From: an uncultured Thiomicrospira sp.
Lineage (GTDB): Bacteria > Pseudomonadota > Gammaproteobacteria > CAKMZV01
Reading direction: 5' to 3'
Assembly (NCBI GenBank): GCA_965195345.1
Contig: OZ239628.1
Coordinates: 32,001 to 96,000 of the forward strand
Length of the DNA: 64,000 nucleotides
The notes under the pieces: model-generated
Told to the model about the DNA's origin: nothing
What the model saw: only the letters and a program-made list of their open reading frames with translations
Databases searched by the model: none
Position numbers and translations under genes: made by a program
Shown: positions 62,424 through 64,000 of the stretch, piece after piece
Position numbering within the stretch: the first letter of the stretch is position 1
How the letters are laid out: each line of letters opens with the position of its first letter

Positions 62424-63425
62424 ATGACTACTTCAACACACAATCTTAATGAAATCTTTCAAATAACTTACGACACATTGGTTGCTAACGGGTGCAATGA
62501 TATTAACGCCAAAGCGGTTGCGAACAATATCACACATGCTGAACGAGACGGCAGTCATTCTCATGGGCTGTTTCGATTACCTGGCTATGTAGCCTCTTTG
62601 CGTAGTGGGAAAATGAATGGAAACGCACAACCGAGTGTTGAGAAAGTTGCACCTTCCATGCTCCGAATAGATGGCGACAATGGCATGGCCCCCGTTGCAT
62701 TAGAATATGCGTCCAGCCATGCTATTCAATGCGCTAAAAAACAAGGAATTGTTGCAGTCGCAATCGTTAATACTTATCATTTTTCTGCCTTGCGCAATGA
62801 AATAAGCATGTATACAGATAACGACTTATGTGCTATTGCGTGCACTGCTTTCATGTCTTCGGTCGCTCCTGCTGGAGGGAAAAAACCTTTTTATGGCACT
62901 AACCCACTTGCTTTTGGCTGGCCTAGAAAAGACAAACCAGCAATGATCTTTGACATGGCAACCGCCACCATGGCAAAAGGCGATGTGCAAATTGCGGCGC
63001 GTGACGGTAATAAAGTCCCAATTGGCGTAGGTGTTGACGCTGATGGAAAAGACACCACCGACCCTCATGCCATTCTAAATGGCGGCTGCCTACTGCCCTT
63101 TGGCGGCTATAAAGGAGCCAGCATTGCCTTAATGATTGAACTCTTAATTGGACCTCTCATAGGTGAGCGTTGCAGCTTTGAAGCTACTCAGCTTGATAAT
63201 AAAGATGGTGGTCCTGCTCGTGGTGGTGAATTACTACTTATTATTGACCCTATGAAGTTTAGCGCTGATCCTTTTGACCATGCGGAACGCCTTTTTCAAG
63301 CGTTGCTCGGTATTGAGGGGACACGACTACCAGGTAGTGTTCGAGCTAACTATCGCGAACAAAAAGGCGATGATTTAGTTGAAGTTCCCACAACACTTAT
63401 TGAAAAAATAACAAGCCTAAGCTAA
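62424..63425 (+). CDS. Ldh_2 family oxidoreductase (DpkA/ComC/AllD-like)
   Basis: SHGL.RLP.Y, HF.AL, GTNP.AF, FDMAT, LLPFGGYKG, RLPG. Confidence 0.88.
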   Translation: MTTSTHNLNEIFQITYDTLVANGCNDINAKAVANNITHAERDGSHSHGLFRLPGYVASLRSGKMNGNAQPSVEKVAPSMLRIDGDNGMAPVALEYASSHAIQCAKKQGIVAVAIVNTYHFSALRNEISMYTDNDLCAIACTAFMSSVAPAGGKKPFYGTNPLAFGWPRKDKPAMIFDMATATMAKGDVQIAARDGNKVPIGVGVDADGKDTTDPHAILNGGCLLPFGGYKGASIALMIELLIGPLIGERCSFEATQLDNKDGGPARGGELLLIIDPMKFSADPFDHAERLFQALLGIEGTRLPGSVRANYREQKGDDLVEVPTTLIEKITSLS

Positions 63426-63467
63426 AACTTAATATAAAGCATTTCATGAACAATAAAAATAGTTCAG

Positions 63468-63497
63468 AAAAAAGGCGCGAAATTCGCGCCTTTTTTT
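63468..63497. terminator. bidirectional rho-independent terminator
   Basis: A6-GGCGCGA-loop-TCGCGCC-T7 between convergent genes. Confidence 0.88.
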
Positions 63498-63519
63498 GAG
63501 ATTTCAAAACGACATCTAA

Positions 63520-63690
63520 TTACCTATAGGTGTCGTATCGTTTTTTCTCGCTAGTATTTCCGTACCAAAGCGCCGCAATACAAATAGCAGCACCTATTAA
63601 AGTGTACAACCCAGGAGCACTTCCTCCCGCACCAATATACATTGCATCGGTCAGTACGTTCCAAGTTGCTTGATCAAATGGATATCCCAT
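63520..63690 (-). CDS. 56-aa single-TM protein downstream of amt (not in ORF track)
   Basis: AAGGAG 8 nt before ATG; MGYPFDQATWNVLTDAMYIGAGGSAPGLYTLIGAAICIAALWYGNTSEKKRYDTYR*. Confidence 0.75.
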   Translation of the reverse strand: MGYPFDQATWNVLTDAMYIGAGGSAPGLYTLIGAAICIAALWYGNTSEKKRYDTYR

Positions 63691-63707
63691 AATGTTTACT
63701 CCTTATC

Positions 63708-64000
63708 TTAATTATTTGCTCTGGGTGATTCTGGAATGCCTTCAGGGTAAGCCATCGCAGGTACTTTAACTGGATCAAGTCCTTCAATTTGAGCTTTTTC
63801 AGGCACGCGCAACATATCAAACTTATCGAGAATGAATGCTGTTATATAGCCTGGTACAAAGCCTAAGAGGAAGAACACTGCCGCACCAATTATTTGTCCA
63901 ATCAAACTGATTGTTGGAACGCCTACGTCGCCTTGTAAAGCTGGGTACCCTGAAGCGAACACACCCAACATGATAACGCCGTACAGACCAATTGTCCCAT
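63708..64000 (-). CDS. amt: ammonium/methylammonium transporter (Amt), C-terminal part
   Basis: (H)GTIGLYGVIMLGVFA, GQIIG, LRVPEKAQIEGLD (Amt LRV....GLD motif); truncated by window. Confidence 0.85.
   Translation of the reverse strand, partial: GTIGLYGVIMLGVFASGYPALQGDVGVPTISLIGQIIGAAVFFLLGFVPGYITAFILDKFDMLRVPEKAQIEGLDPVKVPAMAYPEGIPESPRANN

Noticed and set aside
1-64000. CRISPR array, rRNA, IS element or prophage
   Set aside because: No regularly spaced repeats, rRNA signatures, transposases or phage structural genes were seen.

Overview
Mostly core chromosome of an AT-rich, probably marine gammaproteobacterium (NhaD, TrkAH, MgtE, MscS, trimethylamine monooxygenase). Gene order is heavily shuffled: petC end, murF, an in-frame rnd-fbp fusion, rpoZ-spoT plus three lipoproteins, surA-pdxA-rsmA-apaH, rho/trxA, dnaX, hemE, miaB, orphan recF, nadE, tyrS, argB, valS, argDF, ftsK, trkAH-queA, glmS, tsaD-aroK-aroB, and a ureohydrolase/DMT/Ldh_2/Amt block. 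tRNA-Lys(UUU) and tRNA-Arg(ACG) are present. The accessory region (about 51.7-55.8 kb) lies at the 3' end of glmS. The strongest finding is a ~1.5-kb element (54291-55788) inserted inside the last codons of glmS. It left a synonymously recoded second copy of the glmS terminus (SVTVE-stop) at 54281-54298. Joining its ends rebuilds a 56-bp imperfect palindrome centred on a shared 2-bp core, like a serine-integrase attP. A decayed ORF that itself ends in YSVTVE runs into that site. The cargo is a GIY-YIG/RAMA-like nuclease, a 48-aa 2-TM protein and a broken Zn-ribbon-TM gene, with a KAP NTPase and a YgjP-like gene just outside. Other signals: a dnaX A8 slippage site with stops in both shifted frames, a candidate anti-SD sRNA upstream of recF, repeated leaderless-type promoters (-10 box, 6 nt, ATG), and a 56-aa membrane protein behind amt. 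All family calls come from motif recognition by eye; no searches were run.
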